Below are positions 26,525-38,182 of a stretch of 64,000 bases of DNA, in pieces; positions within the stretch are counted from its first letter, which is position 1; the number at the start of each line of letters is the position of its first letter. The DNA comes from Catajapyx aquilonaris (taxonomy: Eukaryota), in assembly GCA_000934665.2 (NCBI GenBank), contig KZ538032.1, positions 62,001 to 126,000 on the forward strand. Reading direction: 5' to 3'. The position numbers and the translations under genes are program-made. The notes under the pieces are model-generated. The model ran no database searches, was not told the origin of the DNA, and worked only from the letters and a program-made list of their open reading frames with translations.

Positions 26525-28054
26525 TACAACGACGACTACTACAAACCCATGAATTTTGGTTGAAATCGGAAAATATTTGTCGGAAAAGTGGTCCGAGTTG
26601 ACGTGGATGCTCCATTAGTATATGAAGTCACTAAAGCGCAGCAGTATGGCTGAACAGAGTGATGAGGAGTCTGAATGTCTGATGATGAATTAGGTGATGA
26701 GTTTGTAACACTATGTATGCCTGTAATTGAGGAAAAAATTGTCCATGCTCATAACATACACACAAAAATAATTTATTTGGACATGTCTGATTCTCATTCG
26801 GTGCAAAAACAAGACTTGCCCACATTATACTCTACTGTAGAATGTGTAATATGCATCGTACAAACTTCATATTCTGGTTCATGATTGTATCATCCTATTA
26901 AACAAAAAATTATCATTATAAACATTTTTGAAATTTTCCGGAAATTCAGTTTTTCTTTGTTTTCTCGAAAGTAACAAAAGTGGACATATCCTGTTTTTCC
27001 ACCAAACCCTTCAATTACTAATATAGCTCCTGCGGAGAGGAGTTATCCTTCGCTGGAGTCACGAAATCATAATGCTCCGACTTCGACTTTTCTGGTACAA
27101 ACAGGATACGGATAATCCTCGTCCGAACTGCCTCCCTGTGTAGTCTTTCATAATTCCATTTACCATGCACAAAGGACATTGCAGCACAATCAGCACTGAC
27201 ATGCCATAATCCACCGTAGGCTTACACCTAGCAATTTGATAGATGGATTTGGTAGATGGATTGGCGACCTCCGCAAGTGCACGTTCATTACGGAAACTAT
27301 ATGATCACTTCACTCACTTGCTATTTTTATATTATTACTTAAAGTATCTGTTTCTGGATCGATTTTGTGGCTGTGGGCAATAGGCTTTAGTGAAGAAGTA
27401 CAGTACCTAGTAAATAATATCAGAAGCGAAAAACAGAACTAGGTTTTTTCATGTTTTCTGAGTTGTGAAAATCAGGGTGTGAAACTGGCGAATTAGCAAT
27501 GTTCAAATTTACAATGGCCTGATGAGGATATTGGACAGTGCAGACATAATTGTTTCCATTTTATTTCAATGATAGCCCATGCCAATATTTAGATTCGTAA
27601 CAGTATTTTTCACTAAAAGCGACGGTTAATGAGGTTGATGATTTGGCAATCCTGATTGGACCATGTGGAAACCTTTCAAGTGGGATGACAGTATTACAAT
27701 GGGGAAACATGTCTGTGTAGATACGAATTTAATTAAATGATAGTTTTAGTACACATTATACTGTATAATCCTAAACATTGGAACGGTCAACCAATTGTTA
27801 TAAAAATTGAAGGAAGAATTTCTGCACTTGTCAATATTATATCTTCCTGGGATAATTTTAAGATGAAAAATTACAAACTAGCCAATTTCACACCTTGATT
27901 TCACAAATTAAAAAATATAGAAGAAAAAACTGAGTTAAATCTGTTGCTTCTAACATTATTTCTGCCAGTATTTCCACTAATACAAAATTATTACCAGCAG
28001 CGACAAATTAAATTAACCAAGCATAACAGACATACGGTATCACATTTTTCTAAC

Positions 28055-28303
28055 CTTATGTGTAACTTCCTCCTTGTATGGTGATGGTGGGCACAACACG
28101 TCAGGTGGTGGAACATAGTCGCGATATCCGGTTGGTGATACTGTCTTAGCCCCGCCATCTAACCTAACCCGGAGGTCAGCTCCCTCGTGGTGAGAGAGGG
28201 CAGGAGAAGGTCTTGACCAAGGGCTTCCGCTTGGGGAGCTATTTCGGACGCTTTCAGCCTCATCAGGTGATTCAAATACATCGTCGCTGAAGTCGTCCGC
28301 CAT
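28055..28303 (-). CDS. Rab26: Rab26/Rab37-family GTPase, alternative first coding exon A1 (83 aa, MADDFSDDVF...EEVTHK)
   Basis: ATG at 28303 in good context (GCAATGG). Ser/Pro-rich open frame ends CAT AAG|GTTAGA (phase-0 donor). An upstream acceptor TTTTTCTCTTTGCAG| opens the exon at 28400, giving a 97-nt 5'UTR. It joins in frame to 23705 to give [14 protein letters not shown], as in the alternative N-terminus of vertebrate RAB37. Confidence 0.85.
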
Positions 28304-28598
28304 TGCCTTTTGTATTCAGTGGCTAAGGCATGATGATGACCACGTGGCCTCCAACGCGGATACAGAAGGGCCCATGTATGGAATTGTCTTCAACTGATGC
28401 CTGCAAAGAGAAAAATACACAAAGGAATCAGTCATGGATCCAAATTAGACTCCGTATGGATGGACGATTATTACCCAAGTTAAAGCTGCTATTTTTCAGT
28501 TCATTCAAAAATCCAAAATGTATCAACAAGGAAACAAGAGTCTGGTATTCTGCTTCAATATACAGGGTGGTATGCTAACCCCTTCGCTACCAGCTAGG

Positions 28599-29803
28599 CC
28601 GAAAGCGCCTAGAATTTTGCTTACACATACTCTGAAGATAAAAACAAGATATTTAAAAATAATAACAGATATACTTACATGTCCAGGCTATTCTCTAAGA
28701 ATGTGGCTGGAACAATGTAACTAGTCTAGAGGTCCCAAAATTAATTTTCAAAAATATCACTGTAGAAACTCAAAATTTCGATAATACCCGTGGCGGGTAT
28801 TATCGAAATTTTGAGTTTCTACAGTGATATTTTTGTTAGGCTGATTTAATTTTTAATTTTAATTTTAATTTACCCCGTTGGGAGAATCGGGGCTCCATTA
28901 GGGGGGGGTGGAATACCACCATTTTACCACTCAATTTTTCGGATAGGGAAGGAAGGAAGCGGCTGTGGCTTATTATACGGAAGCGACCCCGGAATTATCC
29001 TGGGGAGACCGTGGAAAACCACAGAAAACCACGGTCAGGGTCTCCGGTCCCGGGAATCGAACCCAGGACCTCCCGATTAGCAGTCGGACTCCTTAACCAC
29101 CACACCAACCTGCTTCGGTGCTGATTTAATAAACACTTTAAAATATCTTCCATAAATACTTCATAAATAGTACTGTAAAATATACGAAATAACAACCTTC
29201 AGAATTGTGCCAGAAGAATTGGCTGAAATCGTCGGACTTTGCGAGAAATAAATAAATTTGTGAGTTTTTCGAAGTGCCAGCAAGTCGCAGATAAGAAATA
29301 ATTAAATTCTAGCGAAATACGACGATTTCGGCAAATTCGTCTGGCACAATTCTGAAGGTTATTCCGTATATTATAAGGTATTTAATAATTAAATCAGCCT
29401 AACACGTGGCCGGTATTATCGGAATTTTGATTTTTACAGTGATATTTTTGAAAATTAATTTTGGGACTTCTAGACGAGTTACATTTTTCCAACCACATTC
29501 CTAGTGAATAGCATGAACGGGTAAGTATATCTGTTATTATTTGTAAATTATCTTGTTATTATCTTCAGAGTACGTGTAAGCAATATTCTAGGCAATTTCC
29601 TAACAGTTGGCAGGTAGTACTCGAATTTCAAGCTTTTACAATGATCTTTTTGAAAATTTATTTCGAGACTTCTGGACGAGTAAAATTGTTCTAAATGCAT
29701 TCATAGTGTTTTCCATGAACGTGTAAGTATAGCTGTTATTATTTGCAAAATATCTTGTCCGCATCTTCAGAGTACTCGCAACCGGAAATCTAGGCGTTTT
29801 CGG
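28599..29803. mobile_element. Foldback-type element with long inverted arms
   Basis: 28607-28790 is the reverse complement of about 29410-29593. Inner arms 29120-29260 and 29300-29400 also pair. A degenerate repeat of the right arm lies at 29648-29803. Confidence 0.75.
28851..29119 (-). mobile_element. tRNA-derived SINE, family-1 head/body with a different 3' module
   Basis: Same head and body as family 1, tail (TTAAAA)n, 11-bp TSD GCTGATTTAAT at 28840-28850 and 29120-29130. Confidence 0.88.
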
Positions 29804-32350
29804 AGGCAATAACACCTAGAAAGTAATGAAAGCGGGCCAGTCAACCGTACGTATGCGACCATGGTTCTCATCTGCCGTATAAATTATAACAACTGAATTG
29901 ATCGCGTTTTCAGTCAGTCACAATTTCATCCACAATCATAAACTTCGAACTTCTAAAAGTTAGTTTCTGAAATAATGAGGCAGTTCTGCAATACAGTAAT
30001 AGATACTGATTCTTGGCACTGTAAATTGTTTCTGGCACAGTCATTAGCCATATTGTGGGATTTCTCAATCTACGAGCATTTGTCTGATGGATATTTGAAA
30101 TTGCATCTCTGGGCATCAATTATGATAAAAGTTGCTATAAAAACCATACCGGTACTACAAGTACTTCATAGATCCTGTGTTACAAGTAGCTATAGTACCT
30201 AGGCAACAAATATTCAGATCGTGATGGAGAAAAATGGATTATTCATCTGATTTTATTTAAATTCCAACATTTGCCATCACATCGCTAGGATTACTTTGGA
30301 ACGCAGGAATTACTAGCGTTAACTTTCTTAACTGTGTTATGCAGATTACAATATGTTGCAATAACTGTTTCAATTTAAAATTATTGCATATCAAATTTAG
30401 CTACACTGTATACTATATACACTCGACTACACCACTGCACTGGCAAGAAAGTGATTACTCAAATGACTGCTGCAGCACCGCACGGCATGGTGAAAATCTC
30501 GCGGACGCTCATTTCCAGTCTCTCTTGTCACCTTACTTGCAGGTGTAGCACTGATTTACATACACCATTAGAAAGCTCATTTAAAGGAATTTCCAAGGCT
30601 ATACTATACATAAACATACGCCAAATGTATGCGTTGGTAAGGCTGTTGAGGTGAGCGTCCGACTATGTGAACTGAATTCTGAAACTCGTTATAACTTATT
30701 GGATCTAGCTGCTCCGCATACAGTATACGCGCACAGCGCAGCGCAGCTATATTTATCAGGCTGAAGAAATATTCGGAAGAATATTTATTCGTAGTTTAGT
30801 AGTATGCTGAGAGGCGTATCCACATATACATGCTAAATCACTGCAGAAAGTCAGTCAGTGATGTTAGGTTATCGCTGCATTAAATGCGCCATAAAGTATA
30901 CGCCTGCATGCTATAATTCTGTTGAAGTGTTTTTAGCTCGATGTGCATGGAACAATGCCAATGATGTAACTATTGTAAAATGAATGCTATAAGCCTATGC
31001 ATGGACGATGAGTAGGCCTACTAGCAGGAATGAGGATTTACTTGGAAACATGCCATCATATTTCTTTTCTTTCCATAATTCCCTCTCTTCCCACCACAGC
31101 ATAAAAAATTCCGATTGATCTATGGAATTTATTCATTCTGTTATTCTGTATGCAACAAGTACTTCTTATATTGCAGTTTATAAGCATATAATTTTAATGA
31201 GGCAGCTTATGCTCAAACAAATTACAACCTAATCCTACAAAATGCAGGTGGTAATGATCCCTAGACAATTGTCTAAGGTAATGATCAGCCTAGTATACTT
31301 GTACAGCATTCCATATATCATTGGTGCTATTTTCTTATAAGAACCTTTGTTAGCCTATTCTATACCAATTTCGCTCGTACCTCTCCAGGTCTCTCCTAAG
31401 TCATTGTACGCATCTCTTAAACACCTGCAAAGCTATACCTAATTACGGTAATTATTATGGTAGTCGGGGTTTGTGGCGCGAGCTACTTGTACAAAGCAAT
31501 GTTTGATGAGTGACGGGGATATCAGTAAAGGACAGCATTTACTAATTGAAGCCCCAGCAAGCTATTATCGCAATCACTGGGCTGTGTAATTATACTAGCC
31601 GCATATTGTTAAGTTCCCGGAACTAATGTGCTTTTGACCTGGTGTGTTAGACCTGGTACCGTGCGTACGCTGGAAGCTGAAGTGGCAAAAGAAGAAAACT
31701 TGCATTCCCTGGAGTGTAACGACTGGGCGGGACTCATTTCGTTAGCCAAAAGAGATCGCTCGCTACGGCGAATTGAACCTTGATGGAATTTCCAGCACGA
31801 CTAACTGCCATGCAAAAATGGTTCCACTCGGGGGCCAAGCATTCCTCCTCAGGAGATTCCTAATTGAATCTGCGACGATCCGCGTCAAGTGGCGTAGAGT
31901 GACCTCTTTTTTGACGATATGCTCTTGGGTTGAATCAGATCAAATTAATGGGGGCGTGCCAGCCCCTAACTAGACTCGCTTGGATTTCAAATCCAATTCT
32001 TGATATTGGCACTATTTACAGTGATGATATATTTCCCCAGTGCAGGCCAACTAGGGGCTTACCTGAGCGGAAACGTGGAATCGAAAATATTGTCCTCGTT
32101 ATAAAATATGGAACTTAACAACAGCGATGGGTACAGTACGGATTAAATCAAATCGACCCAGCATCCAGCATCTCCTCTTTTTAAAAAACATTTCTGAAGC
32201 ATTTATTTGTCATAATAGGCCTATATTTTGTTAAAATAATTTGGGCATTTAGTCCTCTATGTGTATGCTTGCAGATGGTCCAGTCACCGTTTTTTTAAAA
32301 TATTTGGAAAACCTGGCTGGGATTGTGCATAAAAATAGCAACGTCTCTTA

Positions 32351-32475
32351 GGGCCGGTTTCACCGAGCTCAGTATATGATAAAACCAGGGTATTTCTCAA
32401 AATCCCTATCTATTTGTATGGATTTTCCTAAAGAAACCTGGTTTTATCATATACCAAGCTCGGTGAAACCGGCCC
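32351..32475. mobile_element. PIF/Harbinger-type palindromic MITE, same family as 9123
   Basis: Homologous palindrome with TTA TSD. Confidence 0.85.
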
Positions 32476-32594
32476 TTAATCCTGGCATTGTTGTTCTGTT
32501 TTCTTGCATATCTTCGCATTTACTGGCAACCCACGATTGGAGTGTGATTGATTCCTCTTGGAACTTTTGTTGTTGCTTATAAATAACCATGGTA

Positions 32595-32936
32595 GGGGGA
32601 GGTGTGGTGGCCGTGATGGTAACGTCACGGCTTGCTGAGTGAAAGACCCCAGGTTCGATCCCCGCCTGGGGAACTTTCCTTTCACCTGCGTCAGGAGGGT
32701 CTCTGACCTGCACCTTGGAGGTGTCTGGCAACCTAACCTCCTGGGGGACAGCACATGACCCCTTTACAGACCATGCACTTGCACCACATGTTCCCTCCCC
32801 AAAATCCCTACCCCTACCCTACATCCTAGACTCCTTGCACCGGTGTATGAAGTTAAACGGAGAGAAAATGGTGGTATCCCACCCCCCTAAAAAGGCTAAG
32901 CCTTATCACTGGGTAACGTAAAAAAACAAAAAAAAA
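32595..32936 (+). mobile_element. tRNA-derived SINE, family 3
   Basis: A box TGGCCGTGATGG, B box GGTTCGATCCC, A-rich tail, TSD CATGGTA at 32588-32594 and 32937-32943. Confidence 0.8.
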
Positions 32937-34478
32937 CATGGTAACACACCCACACTTTTTCAGCAATCTTGCATAGTATTTCCCGAAAATACTGCAAATA
33001 CGTAATATGAAGCATGGGAATCAGGACAATGTGGGCCGATACGTGTATTTTTTATACTGGGAGAAAAATGGTGAAAAAACATTAATATCTTCCATTCTCA
33101 TTACGTATCTGATGGGGGGGAAAACGCCGGCCTTTATGCAGACACTTTAGCAGTTTAGCTCACTGATTAATTGTTGAATGAGAAATAAAAATCAAATCCA
33201 GGGATAAAGACATGATTTGGAAAGCAAGATTAAGTATACTTCCATCATGTTTCCATTGATATGAGAGGGCGTTTATTAGATTATTCTGAATACTTCGCAA
33301 AGTGGTGTCCTCATAATATTACGTATTCTGCTCATGTGTAGGTTATTTTGTGTAGGCCTACTACCTCAAGCCACATGTGGTTATTATGAAGACTGTTATG
33401 GAAGAACATTGCAAATGACTTTTGGCAACTTTTCATGAGACAAGCTTTTCTGCCGTGGATCACATGCAACGTGAATGCACTCTTGCTAGAATGTCCGGCT
33501 TTTTCTCGGCTAAATCAACAGATGGCGTTGGGTGGACTATACTGTACGAACCAGACGGCCATTTGCTATGTTTCTACATTGTCAACTCAAAACAGCCAAA
33601 ATGTCATTTACAACGTTCTTCCATCAGTCTTCTTGCATATAATATTACTAGGTTCACCTGAAATTCCTCCATACACCTTCTGTGGCAAATCGCCTCCCAC
33701 ATAGCTCACCATTGTTTCGGTAATATTCAAATTTGTTCCCTTTACTACCGCCCACTACAATCTCGCCCACCACAAAGTGAGACAGGAAGCCGCCCACAAG
33801 CCCTCACCCACAGAATTAGTACCCTCAAAGGTATACACCATGCACTGGATTACCTCCGTAGTCATAGAAACAGGTTGAGCAAGAGTTGCTTCACATGACC
33901 TTATTTGACCCTCCGTATAATTAAGGTCATTTCTGTATTGCAGTATTTGGAAAAGTTTGCCAGTGTCGTTATTTCGCAAGGTTTCACTGTGGATGTGTGG
34001 GCGTTTAGAAATCAAAGTCTCTGGAGAGACAAGAAAAAATATAGCGCACTTGCTCTGCCCTTTGCCGCCTTCAACCTTCTCAGAAGAGCCAAATATATTT
34101 TTATCGGTTTTCGGATCCCTAAATACCGCCACAAAAGAGGAGCTTAGGTACGGTCCCACCAGAAAAACAGGGGTACATACAGTAAGAAATGCGTATATTC
34201 CTACCTAAGGCCCACATCCAGTCATATATTAGAAATAATAATTGAGTGGTCGGTGGAATAATGGAGTGTCCCAACCCAAAGAAAACGACAAATTTCTGGA
34301 TACGAGTTTCATAAAATTATGAGATTCAATTAGAAGTGTTTTAAGATTAGTGCCCTCTTTCTACCGACCTCTTAATTTTATTTATTGCAGATAATCGTTT
34401 TAGTGAGTGATTATTTCGCACTACGTTGCTTCTAGGTTACATTCTAGCAATTAACAGCAAGACGTGACACATAGTATA

Positions 34479-34720
34479 CAGGGTGTTTCAACTTTTTTGT
34501 CCGAATAGTTATCGGAAAATTGCACGTAGCTGCTACTTTGTAAGCAGTGACTTGCAACCGGTGATTTGTCGAAGGAATGGGGAATGGGGAAAAAGAGGGT
34601 CACGCATCCCATGGCATGTGTGACCCTCTTTTTTCCAGGCTTGACCCTCAATTTTCAGCTGGCAGCACGTATGCCACTTCAACCTACGATTCGCAGTGAA
34701 TATTCCCCGTTCCTCCGACA
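34479..34720. mobile_element. Left arm of the 24362-family MITE joined to an inverted copy of its core
   Basis: The arm matches 24362-24470. The core TGTCGGAGGAA...GCATACGTGC is present on the minus strand at about 34660-34720. Confidence 0.7.
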
Positions 34721-35546
34721 CACACCCAATTTACCACGTTTATTGAATCAAGCTTCCAAATATGCACGTTGACTGATGGACAAGAGTAGGAGTAGCCCGG
34801 TATTGGAGTATCATGGGATATGTGACGGGACACGGATAGAAGGATGGACGGCGCGGCGGGTCTTCTTCAGGCTGGTACGGTATGGTACTGTCTGAAGGAC
34901 AGTCGTGACTCTACATCTTGATTCTGGACTTCTGCTGATCCGGCTAGATAGGTCGTCGGACAGGACAGGTACTCGACGATTTGGCCAGGCGGTGACACGC
35001 TGATGGACAACTGGTACTCATCATATTGGGCCGATCATGCGTTGACCACTTGCAGGACTGCGTTGTCTGGTGACGGACAGGAACAGGTACTCGTCACACA
35101 AGGCAGGACTGCGATGTACGGACCGGACAGCGGTGAGTGAACATCACTTGCAGGATCTGCGTTGTAAGTTGACGGACAGGAACAGGTACTCTTCAACCAA
35201 CGGCAGGGTTTACGTTGTACGGGCAGGACAACGGTGAACACGCTTTCGTAACAGTTCACGTACTTACACGTCGTAATTGTTCACGTAGCACGCTCTCGTA
35301 ACTTCACCCGTAACACGTCTTCGTAACAGTTCACGTAACTAGACGTCGCGTCGTAATTGTTCACGTAGTACGACTCCCGAGTTTTTCACCTCCAACCTCT
35401 CTCCTTGCACTTCTCTTCTCAGACTGATCTGTCCAGGCGCTGCTCCTGGTCTCGTGTCTCACACTGTATGCTGGGAAGCTTAGCAAGGTCTGTACTGCGG
35501 GTAGTGGGTAAATCAGGATAGGGTAAGGGGATTACTCCTTACAACA
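34567..35546 (-). mobile_element. LTR-like remnant (possible solo LTR)
   Basis: Minus strand starts TGTTGTAAGGA and ends TCCTTCGACA (imperfect terminal inverted repeat, TG...CA). AATAAA at 34744-34739; internal repeats GACGGACAGGAACAGGTACTC and CGTAATTGTTCACGTAG. No clean TSD. Confidence 0.4.
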
Positions 35547-36566
35547 TCGTTGTAATACCCATATAACTCTCTTTCCAACGATTCATGTAACTGGCCGACA
35601 AACGAGGTGAAACGACAAAAGCGAGTGGAACTAATTATCGCCCGCGAGGTTTTTACTGATATACAAATGTGAGGTCAATATATTCTGAAACGCAAGGTGT
35701 GAATTGTCAATTCCAGTAACCACTTTAAGCAACTATTAGGAAGAGTGAATATGACCTGGATTGTTGCTACCAACGGATTTATTATCGTGACACATGTTCT
35801 TGTAATGAACAATCAAACATGACTTTACCATAGTATACACGTGGCTATAGTCTATTAACTGTAAATAAAGTCATCAATTATATTTTATTAGTAATTCTGT
35901 TTTATTGGCAGGCTATTGTAGCAAGCGTCATTTACGTTAGTTTGGTTAAAGCAGCCGTCAAATGTATATATACATTTTTCACGAGAATTATGTCCAAATA
36001 TTTACTCTTGGCCATATTTACTCCGCTATCGTTGCAATTTAAAAAACTGCGCTTAAATTGGAAAATGCATACTTTGAAGTGTAAACCTTAGCTATAATAC
36101 TATTGCCGACAATAAAACAAAAACTAACAAAAATAATGTAGGCCTACTGCACAGGCGTAATACACCTACAGTCCAAATTAATATTGGATTTATCCTTAAA
36201 TTCGCCTTGAATTTGTAAGCTGCACAGCCAGGGGCGTATGAAAATATTATTTAACACAAAGCATACTTATATTGATGAGTAGGCTATATAGAAAGTATAG
36301 AAGTATCAAAGTATTATGCATATTCAAGAGGGGCGGAAAAGGTGCACACTCCCTGTCGATCAATGGTTAGTTTGCGATTTTCTGAGTCGAAATCACTCCA
36401 GTTGATCTGGCGATTTCTGATCCATGATGAAGATGAATTCTTTTGATCTCACCAATATGCTTGTTAGAAAATTTCATCACATCAGATTATCTGGAAACCA
36501 CTGCTGGTGAGGGTTAGCGGAGCAAATAGATATTTCTAGGCGTTTAGGGAGTCATCATAATTTATT

Positions 36567-36927
36567 TTTTTTATTTATTTTTTATTTTTTTATTTTTTCA
36601 TTACCCCACGGGGGGAGTTATGCTACTCCTTAGGGGGGGTGGGTTACCACCATTGGAATTTGATTTTTGGAGCGAGTTTAAGAAGATCTTAATTAGTGTA
36701 CTCCAAGGGTGGGTGGGAGGGGATGTGCAAAGTGCAAGTGCAATGTCTCTAATCGTCATTTTGTGAACTCCCCCGGGTGGCTTAGTCTATCGGAAATTGC
36801 CACCCGAAACGAAGCCAGAGATGGCCCAACTCTGCACGAAAGAAGGTGGGAACCCCGGGTGGGGATTGAACCCGGGACCTTAACTTCCGTGGGCGCGCGC
36901 GTTACCGCGGCGCCACTCCGTCTCCCC
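36567..36927 (-). mobile_element. tRNA-derived SINE, family 2
   Basis: Head GGGGAGACGGAGTGGCGCCGCGG...GGTTCAATCCC, A-rich tail, 18-bp TSD GAGTCATCATAATTTATT at 36549-36566 and 36928-36945. Confidence 0.9.
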
Positions 36928-37322
36928 GAGTCATCATAATTTATTGAAATGCTCTGAACGAAACTGTCTAAGTGTCCAATATTCAGCGTAATTTCAAGTT
37001 TCACTTGTTAGAAGATAATTATAGAACAGATCCTGTGTATATGACAGAGACGATGTGCCCAACTATTTCACCACTCTGTTTTCGGTGTGTTCCAATGAAA
37101 TGTCCGTAGCGGTTTAGGCATATTTGTTGCTAATACGTGGCTTATTTTAAGGAGATACTTTGGAATGTCTAGTTTTCGAGATTATTGAGAAATATGAGCT
37201 GTTAGGCTACTATTAGGTTGAATGGGAACAGGGTAATTCCATCTCAACTAAGACGAAGTTGGCACTAGACAATTTTGAATTTTGATTGAAAAAGTTCATA
37301 TAAATTATACTGTATATAAATA

Positions 37323-38118
37323 CAGTAAAACTTCTAGAAGTCTAACTTCCCCACGTCGAAGTTCTCTATAAGTCGAAGTTCTCTATAAGTCGAAGTTCTC
37401 TATAAGTCGAAGAAAATGATGAGCTTGGTTGGTCACAATATAAAATAATAGGAAATAAACTTCCCTAACTCGAATTTCTATAACTCGAAGTTCTCCATAA
37501 CTCGAAGTGCAGGCAGGGCCTTACAATGGGGATGGGATATCAATGCATTTTCGTCTCCCTAAGGGCCATTTTCTCGAACAGTGGTTCAAATGTAAACCCG
37601 GTTCAAAGCCGGTTTAAACCCTTGACAACAGCTAGGTAACAACAATCAAAGCAGGGATTAAACTGGCTTTGAACCCGGTTTACATTTGAACCACTGTTCG
37701 AGAAAACGGCCCTAAGTCGTCGTTCATGTTGGCGATTACGGAAATTTTTCTCATTTCCCAGCCGAAGAGTCGAGAGTAGGCCACATGTACAGAAAGGCTC
37801 AATTTCCTGATCTCCGTCTACCAGATGTACCGAAAGAAGTGTTTGACTCTGTTGTGACAATTTAATCCTTGAATCTAAGAGTAGGCAAATGTCCACAACG
37901 GACAGTTTTTTTTACAACAAAACAACGATGAACATTGTAAGTGTGATAGTGACAGTTATTTTTAAGTTTTGAACACATTTCGTCCTGGATATAAAGGTAC
38001 GTTTCCTTATATCGTTACGTATGTGCTTAAAAAATTTCAAACTTCTCTAACTCGAATCTTCTATAACTCGAAGTTTTTTCCCGGTCCCATGGAGATTCGA
38101 CTTATAGAAGTTTTACTG
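37323..38118. mobile_element. Tc1/mariner (pogo-like) non-autonomous element
   Basis: TA|CAGTAAAACTTCTA ... TAGAAGTTTTACTG|TA, with subterminal 17-bp repeats TCGAAGTTCTCTATAAG. Confidence 0.85.
37563..37712. mobile_element. PIF/Harbinger-type palindromic MITE nested in a Tc1/pogo-like MITE
   Basis: GGGCC...GGCCC termini, ~55-bp arms, TAA TSD. Confidence 0.85.
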
Positions 38119-38182
38119 TACATATATATAGACTACTCACAATCTTGTGAAATATCAAGTTTGAATCTTGCTACTCAAAACC

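Larger units (their letters stand above)
25135..27015. mobile_element. Outer non-autonomous TIR DNA transposon
   Basis: ~40-bp TIRs ATTGAAAGGTTTGGTGGAAAAACCTGATAAGTCCACTTTTG / CAAAAGTGGACATATCCTGTTTTTCCACCAAACCCTTCAAT, flanked by TA. Confidence 0.8.

Noticed and set aside
37356..37411. Short direct-repeat array resembling CRISPR
   Set aside because: 17-bp tandem units without spacers, inside a TIR element in eukaryotic DNA.
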